Of a stretch of 64,000 bases of DNA, positions 52,693 through 64,000 are shown in pieces. The translations under genes and the position numbers were made by a program. Every line of letters begins with the position of its first letter. The first letter of the stretch is position 1. Source of the DNA: Trichodelitschia bisporula (Eukaryota); contig ML996698.1 of assembly GCA_010356995.1 (NCBI GenBank), positions 493,923 to 557,922 on the forward strand. The letters run 5' to 3'. The notes beneath the pieces were generated by a model, which was given only the letters and a program-made list of their open reading frames with translations, was not told the DNA's origin and ran no database searches.

Positions 52693-54630
52693 GGCGACGT
52701 ATGATGGATGTGCGGTGTAAGGGAAGTAGCATTGGTGGTGATGATGACGGGTGAGGCGGTGTTAGACTGGCACTCGTGATCGTGATGGTGAGTCGCCTAG
52801 ATGGAGGGAGTCTCGGCCACGTCGATGGCGATGCCGAAACGTATGCAGCCCGAGATACGTGTTGCAATGTGTCGTGTCGCTTTGAGGCCGTGAAGTGTCG
52901 GTTCGTCGCCAGTGTTGCGGCCGCGATGTGGTGTCGAGTCGGCGACTGTAGTCGGTCAAGCAGCTGGAGATCTTGCAAGTCAGCCTCACTCTGCGTCTCC
53001 CTCATCCCCAATCTCGCAGCCGCCGATGGCCCGGACCGCGCGCGTGCCAGAGCTTCAGGCTCCTCGGTCATTGAGCGGGAAATTGAAGCTCCATCCTTCT
53101 CACCACACCGTTATGCCATGCCTAGCAGCATCGTAACATCTCCTCCCAACTAGGTCTCCCAAACCTCAACCGCGCAAAGAAAACCACACCACTCACCCAC
53201 AAAATCCCATATGCCCTCTCTCGACACACTCTCAAAACCTAGAGGATCCGCGATCAAGATCCGCACTTGACCCACGTCCACGCCCACTAGAACTACCACC
53301 CCAATCAACCGCCAAGCCCACGGGTCCCTTGAACGCTGCCGACGAATCCACGCACCCTTCCCGTGAATCCACGCTCAATCACTTCTGCTGGGCCCAGACG
53401 GGAAAAAGGTGGGAGAATCGCCGTCGCTTGGCGGGCGGGCTGGGATATTCGCCCCCCGGAGAGCGAGAGCACGAATCCGCCCGATAGAGAATTGAGCAAG
53501 AGAACCGTTGCGCGAAAGGCAGCAATCCGGTTTGGCTGTAGGGAGAGCGAGGAGCGAGATGGCGAGGCCGATGCCAGGGGAGGAGTATCGCGACCAGGGT
53601 GAGGAGTCGCAGTGCGGATCGCAGATGGGATGGACGAGAGAGCGATGCTGCGCGGAAAGGAGGGAAAGAGAGAAACAGGAAGCCAACCCACGCACCAGAC
53701 TGGAGATAGCCCAAGCAGGATAGAGTGCTTAGAGAGTAAGTATCTCGCGGGCAACGCACAATCACAAGCCTGTCGTCGCACCCACCACCACCACCACCCT
53801 ATCAAACCCGTAGAGTCTAGCCAAAATGACATGCCTATCAAACCCGCGCCGGGAACCGGGAGGAACGCCGCGGTACGTACCTACTGCACTATCCACGCCC
53901 CCCCCCCCCCCCATCCCGACGTGGGAGCCGATATCAATAATGTCGCCGAGCCCTGCCCCGCAAACTCCCCTCCATTCCCCGCCCGCTAGAACTAAACTTC
54001 CACCCCCTCCAATCACCACCGTGTTTCCACCCCCCCAAGTGTCCACCCACCACCACCAATACCCCACTGTACCCGCAACGGCCCCCACAGCCACCCGCCG
54101 CAAGCCCAGTAGAACTGTCCAGTAGAAGCAATCCGTACGTAACCCTAGAGGCTAGCGCAAGGCTCGCTGCCAGCCTCGAGCTCATCCCCTCCAAAACACC
54201 ACGCAATCTTGTCCGAAAAGCCGGTCGTAGCCCTGATCCCGTACCCTAGCGTAAACCCACCCCAAATCTCAAGATCCCATCTCCACGGCAGTTTCCTGCG
54301 GCCGGATGGCCGGCGTGGCCGAAACGTTGCACGCACCGACGGTACCACACACTGTAACGCATCCCGGCTTGTGGCATCGGCCTGGACTGTACAGCGAACC
54401 GTGTACTTTGTACTGTTGTTACGAACTACTTGTGATTTGCTTTACAGCGGCGGGCTGCGCCGAGGGCGCGAAAAGGCGCGAAAAACACACGGCGAACAAA
54501 GTTCAATATCAAGCGGTTGTTACTCCAACTATCAAAACAACGAACATCCCTAACACATACACAGACACTCCAGTACAATCCAACCCCATCCGTACGTAGT
54601 ACGTAGCCCCAGCTCCACCGCTCCACCGCC

Positions 54631-54746
54631 CGCAACGCGCGAAACGCAACGCACGAAACGCAACGCACCTAACGACAAGTCCAAGCATCACGACGAGTCC
54701 AAGCATAACGACGAGTCCAAGCATAACGACGAGTCCAAGCATAACG
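54631..54746. repeat. Adjacent 14-bp (x2.5) and 18-bp (x4) minisatellites
   Basis: cgcaacgc(g/a)cgaaa units followed by four copies of aacgacgagtccaagcat. Confidence 0.9.
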
Positions 54747-55140
54747 TTAACAACGACAAGCAAGAAGGGAAGATAATAAAAGGCACGAACCCGCCCGCAT
54801 CAGCCACCCCGCGTCCAGACCTCATCCACGCGCCCCACTCATAAAGTACGCACTATGTGCACACCCACGGAGAAAGCAGAGTAGCGTGCGGAATGACATT
54901 CCCCAACCTACCACTTGCACCGCCGCCAATCTGCCCAGATCCCACGGCAAACCGGCCATCCGCGCCGTCGTCCGTCCGTCTCAATCCCCGGCAAATCATC
55001 CACCAATCACCACCCCACGGCTCATCCCGAACTGAACCCGATCTAAGTTCCAGCCATGTGTCATGCCACGCGAGCGCCCGTCACGTCTTGCGTGCGGTAC
55101 GGCTCGGCAGCGGGCCGTTGGCCGGTTCTTCGGGCAGTGC

Positions 55141-57062
55141 CTAGCTTGCCGGCGGGGCCTTGCAGCTGAAAGGTTTGCCGGCAGCACCGTGGGATATGCG
55201 TTTCATTGACGCCCACATCCCTAGGATGCACTGCGGTGACTAGTTAGCATACATTCCCGGAGAGAAGTAGACGACATGATGGGAAGGTACGTACAATGAC
55301 AAGGCCAAGCAGAATCATCGCCGAATTGAACGCCGCGAGCGCGATTCTCCGCGCCGGACCTTGGAGCGTGAATCGACGTCTCGGAACAAGCAGCGTGCCC
55401 CGGTTGAGGCTGAGCCAGAGACACCCAGAGAAGCCGTCTACACCATTAGTACCGCTCATGAGTCTAAACGGGAGGACTCACAGCTAAACCATCCGCCAAA
55501 CAATGCGCTCACAAACGCGAGGATGAGCTCGAAGCTCGGTACTGCCTCAGCAATTGCCCACGCAATTACCCACGACCCGAAGACGATGGCGGCCCACGAC
55601 AAGGTCGCTCGCTTGCTCTGCTCGTCCGCGACCTTGGCGCCGGCCTTTGTCACGCCCCACAGCCGGGAGTGCATCATCTTACACACGACATGCCCGTTCA
55701 CAGCGCCACCAATGATGACGGTCGGCAGCGCAAGGCCTGACGCCACTTTCTTCAGTATCGGTGTTGTGGCACTGAGAGCCGGTGCTGGCACGCCAGGCCC
55801 CGCGAAGTGGTAGATGACCACGGCAGCGATGACGTAGATCGTGATGGCGGTGGACTGCAGCATCAGGACAGCCTTTTTGAAGTCCCTCGGGTCACGCAGT
55901 TCATCCGCGAAGCCGAAATAGGTTGAATGGCCGGTGTACGACAGGATGATGTTCAGCACGGCCGTCATGGCCTCAGCCAGTCCAGGCTTGGTCGTCAAGG
56001 CTGTGCCGAGGACGGGCGCAGGCCTCTTTGCGACGACGCTCATGATGAAGAGCACCGTGGTGAGGATCGAGAGACAGGCTGACGGGTTAGTCAGGTCGGG
56101 ATATTTGCTTTGGGGAGGGACACTCACATGCGACCGAAAAGTACGAAATGTGCTTAGACGATCGTGGCGCGGTAAGAAGGGCGCAGACGACAACGCCACA
56201 GGCTGAAAATACTATGGAGCAAAGGGCGGAGTTGCTCAGGGTGCTGAGGATTAGGCGGAAAGTGGTGACGTGTGCCGCCATGATGGTTATCAAAGCGAGT
56301 ATCTGGGCCATTCCGAGAATCTCTCTTCCCCAAACACCGCCGAGAATGAAGCCAGCGTCGCTCATGTTCGTGACTTCGGGATGAGCAACCTTGAAGTCAC
56401 CGTACACGAGGCCTGTATAGCCGGCGATGAGGCCCAGAGTGATTATGAGGATGATCGAGCTGTTCGAGTTAGGCACTGGTACTGATGGCATGCAGTATTT
56501 CTTACGGTATGAGGCCGATCACCGCGACGACGTGTGGCAGCGATAATATACCCAGCGATATACATCCCGCAATCATTACTTCTACATGTCAGCGTTATTC
56601 CGGCCCGGAGTAGTCAAGACATACACAGCCCACAGTGCCTAAGGAAAGACGGTCAGCTTCAGGGTGGCTACAACGACAACGACGATCCACTTACCTCCAC
56701 TCCATATTCTGATACCGCCCCAGACCAGGAGCTGTCGGAGGCGGTTTGTCGCCGACGAGTTTCTCGTCTGGAGCATCGAGAGGAATGTCCTTCCACGACA
56801 GTTCCTGACTACTTCGTAGCGGAACGAGGGTATTGCCGCTGTCGACCGACGGAAGAGAGGCGACTTCGCAAGAAGGGATTGTCGCTTCGAAGTGCTTGAG
56901 GTCTGGTTCGAGGGACGACGTCTCTGAAGCAGGGAGCGTGATGACCTCGCACGGAGGGTTTCCCGCTTTGAGCAGCTTGTCATCGTGCTCGGAAGTCGAC
57001 GACTCCGAATAGCGAACATCGTTGGGAGCAGGGGAAGAAGTTGGAGTAGTGTTATCCGCCAT
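55141..57062 (-). CDS. Amino-acid permease (Aa_trans/AAAP family, Mtr-like neutral amino acid transporter), 7 exons
   Basis: YQNMEW / RHCGL / LMIAGCISLGILSLP..IGLIP / SIILIITLGLIAGYTG..HPEV..MSDAG, SYTGHSTYFGFADELRDPRDFKKA, IAEAVPSF..ALFGGWFS / YG..W, final exon ending PFSCKAPPAS*. Confidence 0.9.
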
Positions 57063-59149
57063 TGGAGGAGCTGAGGTATGTTCGTGCGGGGGAGAGTCGA
57101 GAGGGGGAGGATGGCTTTATGCGGGATGTAGTGGAGAGTGGGGAGGAGGGGAATGGGAAGGAAGGGCCCGACGTAGGAGCAGGCCACATACTGTGGGAGG
57201 ACCCGGGAGTGGATGGGAGTCAGCGATAAGGAAGATGTTCAAAGAATGGTTGACTAGTGGACCTGATCCAGGGATGGCCATTTGTTTTGGCGGGATATGC
57301 TCTACCCGATGCGGGGGAGCGACAGCTAGTTGGGGATGGAGGGAAGGGAGGACCTAGGGCAGGGCAAGCTGTGGGCGCGGTGTTGAGGGTACGGTGACGA
57401 CAGTGAGCCGGCGGAATAATGACTTAGCTTCACGGCCAAACACGGCTACCGGAACGTCTAGGGATGGGCAACGTGAGCGACGTGAGCGATCGTGGGCAAC
57501 GTGATAAGGCAGAGATAACACAGAAGAGAGTGGAAGGGGCATCGCATGAGAGAACACGGGGTAATGAATGGAACTGGAGTGGGAAGCAGCGGATACAATT
57601 CTTCTGCAGACGACGGTGATGTGAAGTATGGTAGAAGATTTGGAAGAGTATGGATGAGTTCGATAGACTACCATTTTTTTGAAGATGCGAAGCTGATTGA
57701 TGTTCCATGAGCAATGAGATTGTCACGATATCTCTGATAATGGACGCGGGTATTGACGGGGTAGATTGATGTTGCGTAGAAAACAGTTTGGCAGCTGTCG
57801 TGATGATGACGATGGAGGTTGGTGTTTTAGCCAGAGTCTGGGCGGTAACACATCCCCTTTGAGATCCCTCCCCCTCGCGTGGACCGTGGACCATACCAGA
57901 TATTGTAGTACTTACCGGTACAGTCCCGCTTATTAGGGGAAAGTGTTCGACTCCGCTCTGGAGCCAAGAGATATGCGGTTGGTGAAGATGTGGATGGGGA
58001 TGGAGATCTGTGGAGCTTGATTGTGTGGAGACGAAAGATGGGAGGTCCGTTGATTGAAGAAGGGGAAATACTGTAGTTCTAGTATATTAGACGCTTTCCC
58101 CATCCCTTCTCATCACCAGCATCACCTTATGTCCATCCCACCCCCATCTCTTCACTAATGCTCCTGCCACTCTGCCATTCTGCCACTCCAATTGGCACTC
58201 ATTCTCTTCGTTCCACGTCGAAGCTCACCGTCAAGCCTGGACTGGCCTGGCCCTCGGAGATGCATCATTCCGTTGTCTGCCGAGGGGGGGCACAGTTAAG
58301 CAGTCAGGCTCAAGGCGGCTGATCAGCAGCAAGCATACTACCTTCGTAGTTCTTCTATCCATCCCATCACAAACCCCATCCCATCCCATCCCATCACGTC
58401 CCCGTCTCCCCTTCTCCCTCCCTGCATCCCCGTAAACAACAGCGAAGCAAAAGGCTCGCAAGATGGCTCACAAGAAGACAGGGCTATGCCGCAACGTTGC
58501 GCCCGACATTACTATGGTAGTAGGCCTGTCAAACGCCCGAGGATATCTGCAGCATTCCGCATCTATCGGTCTGTCTACCTTGTCCTCGGTGCCCCCTCCC
58601 TTTCCCTTCTGCATCTTGCCTCCTGCAGTCTCTTTCGGCTGCAAGGCGTCGTCCTCGTCCTCGCATATCAATCAATCAATCAAAGTCATCTAGCGAAGGC
58701 AAGCAAAAAAGGCAATCGAAGGCACGCACTCAAGTCCCCCGTCCGCGTAACACCTCCGTTCTCAAATAAAAACTCACCTTCCCCATCTCCGCACCTCTCG
58801 CTTTTCCCCGTCACCCCGCAACCTCCTCCCGCAGCTCAATCTCCTCCCCTTTCCCTTCCCCTCCACAAAAAAAAAATAAGAACGAGGAATGAGGCGCCCA
58901 TCGCCTACCCACCCACGCCCTCCCGCTAGGAAAATAAGATAGGAAATAAACCTTCCATTGCACCACTGCCGCCCCCCCCCTCAGCCCAGCCCCCCTCCAA
59001 AAGTCCCAAACCCTGTCCGAATCGCGTACGCGTCCACCCGCCGAGTACATAAACCCCGAACGCGCCGCAAACAACCTCGTCCCCCCCCCCATTCCCCGAA
59101 AACCCACCCCAAAACCTAACCCAAAAACCACAACCCTTAAAACGCAACG

Positions 59150-59954
59150 ATGGTAGAGCTCCGCAAGCGCAAAACCCCACCTCCCGCGCCGACGCGCCCA
59201 ACCCGCACCAAGAAAACCGCCGCCCCGGCCGCCGCAAAAGCTGACGCAAAAGCTGACGCAAAGCCGCGCGCCGGCCGCGTCACCAAAGCTAAAGAGAAAG
59301 TATCCAAGGCTGCGAGCAAGGCCGCGGCCGCCGTGACAGGCAAGACCGACGGCAAGGAAGAAGAGGAGAAGGCTGCAGAGGCGGCCCCGGATGCCCCCGC
59401 GGCTGTGGCTTCGCCGACCGGCCCCCCGAAAGTCGGAGATGTGATCTCGCTCGAAAGCTTCGGCGGCGAGGTAGAAACGCATGAGGGTACAAAGGTCACG
59501 CTCGCGCAGCTGGTGGAGGAGAGCAAGGCGGGTGTTGTGCTGTTTACGTATCCGAAGGCGAGCACGCCGGGTTGTGAGTTTGCAACCCCCCTATGCTTCG
59601 AATGGTGAAAAATGCTAATCAAAGGTAGGCACGACACAAGCCTGCGCCTTCCGTGACCAGTACGAGCCGCTCACGGCGACGGGACTCGCCATTTACGGGC
59701 TCAGCGGGGATTCGCCCAAGGCGAACACAACCTTCAGGACGAAGCATGGGTTTCCGTACCCGTTGCTGTGTGATCCGGGGTATGGGCTTATTGGCGCCAT
59801 TGGGTTGCAGCAGGTTGGCGCGAAGAAGACGAAGAGGGGCGTTTTTGTCGTGGGTAAGGGGGGCAAGGTTCTTGCGGCTGAGCCGGGTGGCCCCCTGCCT
59901 ACGGTGGAGGTGGTGAAGAAGGTTGTGGCGGGGATGGAGAATGGGGAGGCTTAG
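59150..59954 (+). CDS. DOT5: Peroxiredoxin Q/BCP family with basic N-terminal extension, 2 exons
   Basis: VVLFTYPKASTPG / CTTQACAFRD (PxxxTxxC with CxxxxC), GLSGDSP, YPLLCDP, RGVFVV. NLS-like LRKRK at the N-terminus. Confidence 0.92.
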
Positions 59955-60893
59955 AGGGTGGAGGTAGTGTCTGGTCATTGTACGGCGGATTAGGTTGGGT
60001 GGGTTCGGCTTTCGGGTTTGCGGTCTGATATGGTATGGCGAATGGATGGATGGATGGCTGCAAGGTGCTTGGCATGGGAGCGCGTGGAGTTGTCGGTAGT
60101 CAATGGGATCCATGGTCTCGAGCGGGTGTGTGTGCCTGCCGCTGGTGATAGTGCAGTGTGCGAGGCATGTCCCTCGCCGTTGCTGAGGGCGGACACAGGT
60201 GCTTTGGACGGCTTTTTACAATGCCCGGGCTAGCTCTACATGACCACCCGAAGCGTTGGCACTTCCAGATGCTAGTAGTACGCGCACGGCGCCTATTAGC
60301 ACCCGACGAGCCGTGCTTCGGACCCATTTGTCCCTCGGGCTTGCCCTGTGGGTAAGGCTTATCTGCGACCCGTCTTTTGAAGAGCCTGGACGCGTGGGCG
60401 CCGACACATGACGTCAATATCGGACTTTGTACTGTACCCTGGTGCTGGGTTAGGTGTCCTCTGGCGTTTATCTGCTGGCGCGTCTCTTGCCTTGCCTTTG
60501 GCAAGATATCCCTTTTGAAGGGTTGTTCGTTCGTGGCTACTCGCTGTCAAGGTGGAAGCTGCTTGCGAGACCGTTGGCTACCTGTCGGCTTCACGTCGAG
60601 GCCGACTGGCGGACAGGTTGCCGATGGTTAGCTGCCCAACACCTAGAACTAGAACTAGTACGGAGAGCAGGACGAGTATGGAGCACTTGTCGGCATATAT
60701 CCGCTGGTCCCTTCAATCGACCTTACTTGACGGATATCAACCCACCAATTCTAGGCCCGTTCCAGCTTCAAACTCACGCGCAACCGCCCATCAGCCAAAC
60801 AAAAAACCGGCTCCCCTTCCTCACGCCCCGTCAAACCCCCCACCTTCCTGCCCACCAAAAATCAGGCCCCAAAAATCAAAAAGAAAGAATCTT

Positions 60894-60982
60894 ACCCGCA
60901 GCAGTGAGTCGAACACTGGACTTGGAGATAAGTCGCGCTATCAACGCTGCAATCTCCCACTCTACCACTGAGTTACTACGGG
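60894..60982 (-). tRNA. tRNA-Cys(GCA) with 17-nt intron
   Basis: Acceptor stem CCCGTAG/CTGCGGG with discriminator T73, D arm ACTC-AGTGGTA-GAGT, anticodon arm GGAGA-TTGCAG[intron]A-TCTCC, T arm CAGTG-TTCGACT-CACTG, downstream oligo-T terminator. Confidence 0.93.
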
Positions 60983-61702
60983 TTTTCGATGCCGCATATT
61001 GTGGGTCCACCATCGTGAACCCGGCGCCGGGGGTCCCCAGTCCATCCCGTCTGCCCGGCCCGGCCCGAGAATCAGTTCCTCGGCCCGGTGGATGCCAGAT
61101 ATGGCCGTACGGCGTCTGCTATACCCCTCCCCCCCCCATCTCATCGCGATCCCATCACCGGCCCGTCCTCCCGTCCGCCGCAAAACCATGCCACCTGAAA
61201 CCCGCCCTCAGCCTTATCGCATGCCCACCGTACCGCCTCGCCGCACCTCGCACCGGCCACTTGGATTGAGTTTTGGGCTAGAAATCCCTCGCGTGCTCTT
61301 TCCCGCCTTTGTTCGTCATGCCTGGTTCTGTGCCGTCGGTGGCGCGTTGCGTTTCCGGGTTGTGAAACGGGAGGCTTGTTGCGGGTAGATGGGACTAGGG
61401 CGGGGGTATGCGGTGGGGGTATAGTTGATCGTGATATTGGTGTGCGGCTGGGCTAGGTAGTTCGGGCATGTGGCTGCGATGTTGGAGTTGGCTTCATAGC
61501 TTGCAAGGCTAAGAAAAACGGAAATGATACTGGAAAGGCATGCTCAGAGTAGCATCAAACCGCATCGTCAATATTCAATATCAATTAACAATCTGCACCG
61601 CCCGCCCATCGTGGACGCCTGCCACCATCCGCCAGAAAAAGGGGGTATATCCAAAGCACCACCATTCCCAAACACCGAAAATGCACCAAACCCGCCCCCA
61701 AC

Positions 61703-64000
61703 CTATGCATGCAATCGCGGACTCTCTACCACCCGACTCCCTCGCGACCCAGTCTCCACTCGACTCCCCGGCCTCGTCCCCGCCCCACTTCTCCTCCTCT
61801 CACTCCTAGAAGTTCGCTGCCAAAACCTCCAGGAACACCCCCCCTCCGCCTCAGGTGGCTCATCCACCGCCCTCCTCGCCCTCTTACTGAAATTGGTCCA
61901 CAAAGGAAAAACACACCCCACCGCCACCGTGGCAACTATAACCCCATAACTCCGCTCATACGCCGGCGGACTGCTCGAACTCGAAATCGCATACGTAATC
62001 GGCGGAAAAACAGCACCGCCACTAATCGCCGCCGCCAGCAGGGCACTTCCATCCTTCGTCCACCGCCCCAAGCCCCGCAAACTCGTCGCGTACAGGATGC
62101 TGAAGATCGGGCCCTCGGCCGCGTAGAGTAGCATGAGCACGACCTCGGTCTGCGGCCCCCGGGGCCGCGTCGCGAGGATAGAGAGGACGAGCAGCGCGGC
62201 GTAGGACGCGAATAGTACGTATCGTGGCTTGACAAGTGTGCATAGCGCGGCGGCGATGAAGCGGCCCCCCGTGAACACGCTGTGTCCGATGACGCCCGTG
62301 TCGGACTTTTCGCCGCGCTGGGTCCGCGGGCCGAGAAGATACGCGATGCCCGAGACCGAGACGCTCTCCTGCGCGCCGAGGTAGCAGAACTGCGCGATTA
62401 CGCCGAGAGCAAGCGTAACGAAGACGACGCGCGTGCGGTAGCCGCCCGGGAGAGTAATTCGCGCGAGATGGGCGTCGTCAGAGCGCGCGGAGAAGGCCTC
62501 GAGCTCGGCGTCCGTGGCTTCGGGTAGCGGGATATAGTAGTACAGCACAGCGAGGAGGACGACGATCAGTGCGATGCCGAGGTATGTCCACTGGACGTCG
62601 ACGAGGGAGGCGGTGTGCGGCTCCGCGGCGCGGAAGAGGACCTTTTGCGCGAGGAGGGGCGAGACCACGGAGCCGATTGCTTGGACGGCTTGAGCGAGTT
62701 GCAGCCGGGCTTCCATGTAGCGTGGCGGTCCGCAGAGGGCGACGAAGGGGTTGGCGGCGATTTCGAGGGAGGAGAGACCGAGACCGACGATGAAGTTGCT
62801 GACTACGAAGGCGGGAAAGGAGGTTAGGACTGCCGAGGGCCAGAAGATTAGCACGCCGCAGGCGTAGATGCAGAGCCCGATGATGAAACACGCCTTGAAG
62901 CCCCAGCGCTTGAAAACCAGCCGACCAAAGGACAGCGTGCCGGCGAAGTAAGCCGAAAAATAGGCTGAGTGGATCCCTAGTTTCTGTGCTGTGCCCATTT
63001 CCACTTTGCGCTGGAACTGCAAGTTTATCGCGTCGAGAAAGCCGTACGCAATTCCCCAGATGAAGAAGAGGATGGTGACACAGAGGTTTGGTAGTAGGCA
63101 TTCGCGCGCACTGAGCCCAATAATGCACTTCCGCCGCGGACTGATGTCCACAAAATCAAAGAATCGTTGCGGCGAGGAGCGCGATGGGGCGATATGGCTG
63201 CCACCTGTGCGCGTGCGTGCCAGCATATCCGGCGTCGTTAAGAAGTCAATCATGTCGACGGGCTCTTCTTCGACGGGCTCTTCGTCGGAGCGCTCCGCAT
63301 CGGCCTCAGTGGCCACGACGGGCCGCTTCGGCAGCTCCAGAGCGCGAGGCACTCCTGGTTGTGCATCTTGCGTAGTGACTTTCTCGCTCTCTCGCTGTGA
63401 GGAGTTTCCCGGATCGCGGAGGATGCGCGGCATGAAACGAGATACCAGTGGTTTCAATCCTGGGACGCAGGCGCACATGATGCCGACATTGACCTCGATG
63501 GCGGACCACATGTAACTCAGGGAAGCGTACCAAGCAACGTCGGTCTTGTTTCGTACGTCGGTGGCCAACTCTGGGTCTTTGCTCTGCATGTCCAAGCGGG
63601 CCGTAAGTGCTTCTTGCAGGTACGCGATGCGAATAACGTCGACAACCGCAACAAAGAAGCCGAAGCCGAAGGTAATGACAAGAATCGTTTTTTGCTTCTT
63701 GGGTAGCCGCATGCCGGTTAAAATCGGCATGGGTAAGAACAAGATGGCGAGGTCGGTGATGATGTTGACAGGTGCCGAAGATAAATACAATGTCACGATG
63801 TCCTGGCAGCGGTCCGTTTCCAGGACAGGTGTGGCAAAGGCGGCGCCCACTGGACGACACTGAAAGATGTTGAGGAAGGTGAGCGCCAGACCGGCGGCGT
63901 TGACAACCATCAGAGTTACGAGCGTGGCCCATCTGAAGATCTTTTCCGACTTGGACAAAGTCAAGTAAAAGAGGAGGATGGAGGTTTTGGTGGCCATGAG
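61703..64000 (-). CDS. Fusion of a PTH11-like (fungal rhodopsin-domain) membrane domain and an MFS FucP/glucose-galactose permease; 5' end lies beyond the window
   Basis: KTSILLFY, IFQCRP, NIITDLAILFLPMP, WSAIEVNVGIMCACVPGLKPL, then in the same ORF LFFIWGIAYGFL, SAYFSAY, GFKACFIIGLCIY, LEIAANPF..GP, CYLGAQ, FTGGRF, EGPIF, GGAVFPP. Confidence 0.92.
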   Translation of the reverse strand, partial: LMATKTSILLFYLTLSKSEKIFRWATLVTLMVVNAAGLALTFLNIFQCRPVGAAFATPVLETDRCQDIVTLYLSSAPVNIITDLAILFLPMPILTGMRLPKKQKTILVITFGFGFFVAVVDVIRIAYLQEALTARLDMQSKDPELATDVRNKTDVAWYASLSYMWSAIEVNVGIMCACVPGLKPLVSRFMPRILRDPGNSSQRESEKVTTQDAQPGVPRALELPKRPVVATEADAERSDEEPVEEEPVDMIDFLTTPDMLARTRTGGSHIAPSRSSPQRFFDFVDISPRRKCIIGLSARECLLPNLCVTILFFIWGIAYGFLDAINLQFQRKVEMGTAQKLGIHSAYFSAYFAGTLSFGRLVFKRWGFKACFIIGLCIYACGVLIFWPSAVLTSFPAFVVSNFIVGLGLSSLEIAANPFVALCGPPRYMEARLQLAQAVQAIGSVVSPLLAQKVLFRAAEPHTASLVDVQWTYLGIALIVVLLAVLYYYIPLPEATDAELEAFSARSDDAHLARITLPGGYRTRVVFVTLALGVIAQFCYLGAQESVSVSGIAYLLGPRTQRGEKSDTGVIGHSVFTGGRFIAAALCTLVKPRYVLFASYAALLVLSILATRPRGPQTEVVLMLLYAAEGPIFSILYATSLRGLGRWTKDGSALLAAAISGGAVFPPITYAISSSSSPPAYERSYGVIVATVAVGCVFPLWTNFSKRARRAVDEPPEAEGGCSWRFWQRTSRSERRRSGAGTRPGSRVETGSRGSRVVESPRLHA

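Noticed and set aside
54671..54746. Repeat array as CRISPR
   Set aside because: Units are contiguous with no spacers, the genome is eukaryotic, and there are no cas genes.
60350..60366. GGGTAAGGCTTATCT resembling a QA-1F/QutA site
   Set aside because: Spacing is one base short of the 16-bp consensus and it is far from the candidate regulon genes.
1..64000. Transposable elements
   Set aside because: No transposase, reverse transcriptase or integrase motifs, LTRs or terminal inverted repeats were recognised.

Overview
Intron-rich, GC-rich genomic DNA from a filamentous ascomycete (Pezizomycotina, possibly a Dothideomycete), judged from GT-AG introns with CTAAC/CTGAC branch points and from the protein families. 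Gene models were spliced by hand. In order: RAD52, two small membrane proteins, glutathione reductase with an upstream mitochondrial-type presequence, a Ser/Pro-rich unknown protein, VFA1, the dual-specificity phosphatase YVH1, a C2H2 transcription factor behind ~6.6 kb of non-coding DNA, a mitochondrial NAD+-carrier-like gene divergent from QCR7, a stop-interrupted gene, MAG1, ECM33, a decayed bHLH-like gene, UPS2, a Zn2Cys6 transcription factor, an AROM-derived dehydroquinase-domain protein, an amino-acid permease, DOT5-like peroxiredoxin, an intron-containing tRNA-Cys(GCA), and a 5'-truncated PTH11-like/FucP fusion gene. There is a 220-N assembly gap. Best leads: (1) a Zn2Cys6 factor in tandem with an AROM-derived protein whose dehydroquinase catalytic residues look retained while its kinase and dehydrogenase motifs are lost, recalling the qut/qa activator-repressor pair but with no qut catabolic genes in the window; (2) a 576-nt, apparently structured YVH1 intron with box C/D-like motifs that splits the catalytic Cys codon; (3) a gene with one in-frame TAG where Trp would fit; (4) the receptor-like/sugar-permease fusion. 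No database searches or folding runs were possible, so family calls rest on recognised motifs.
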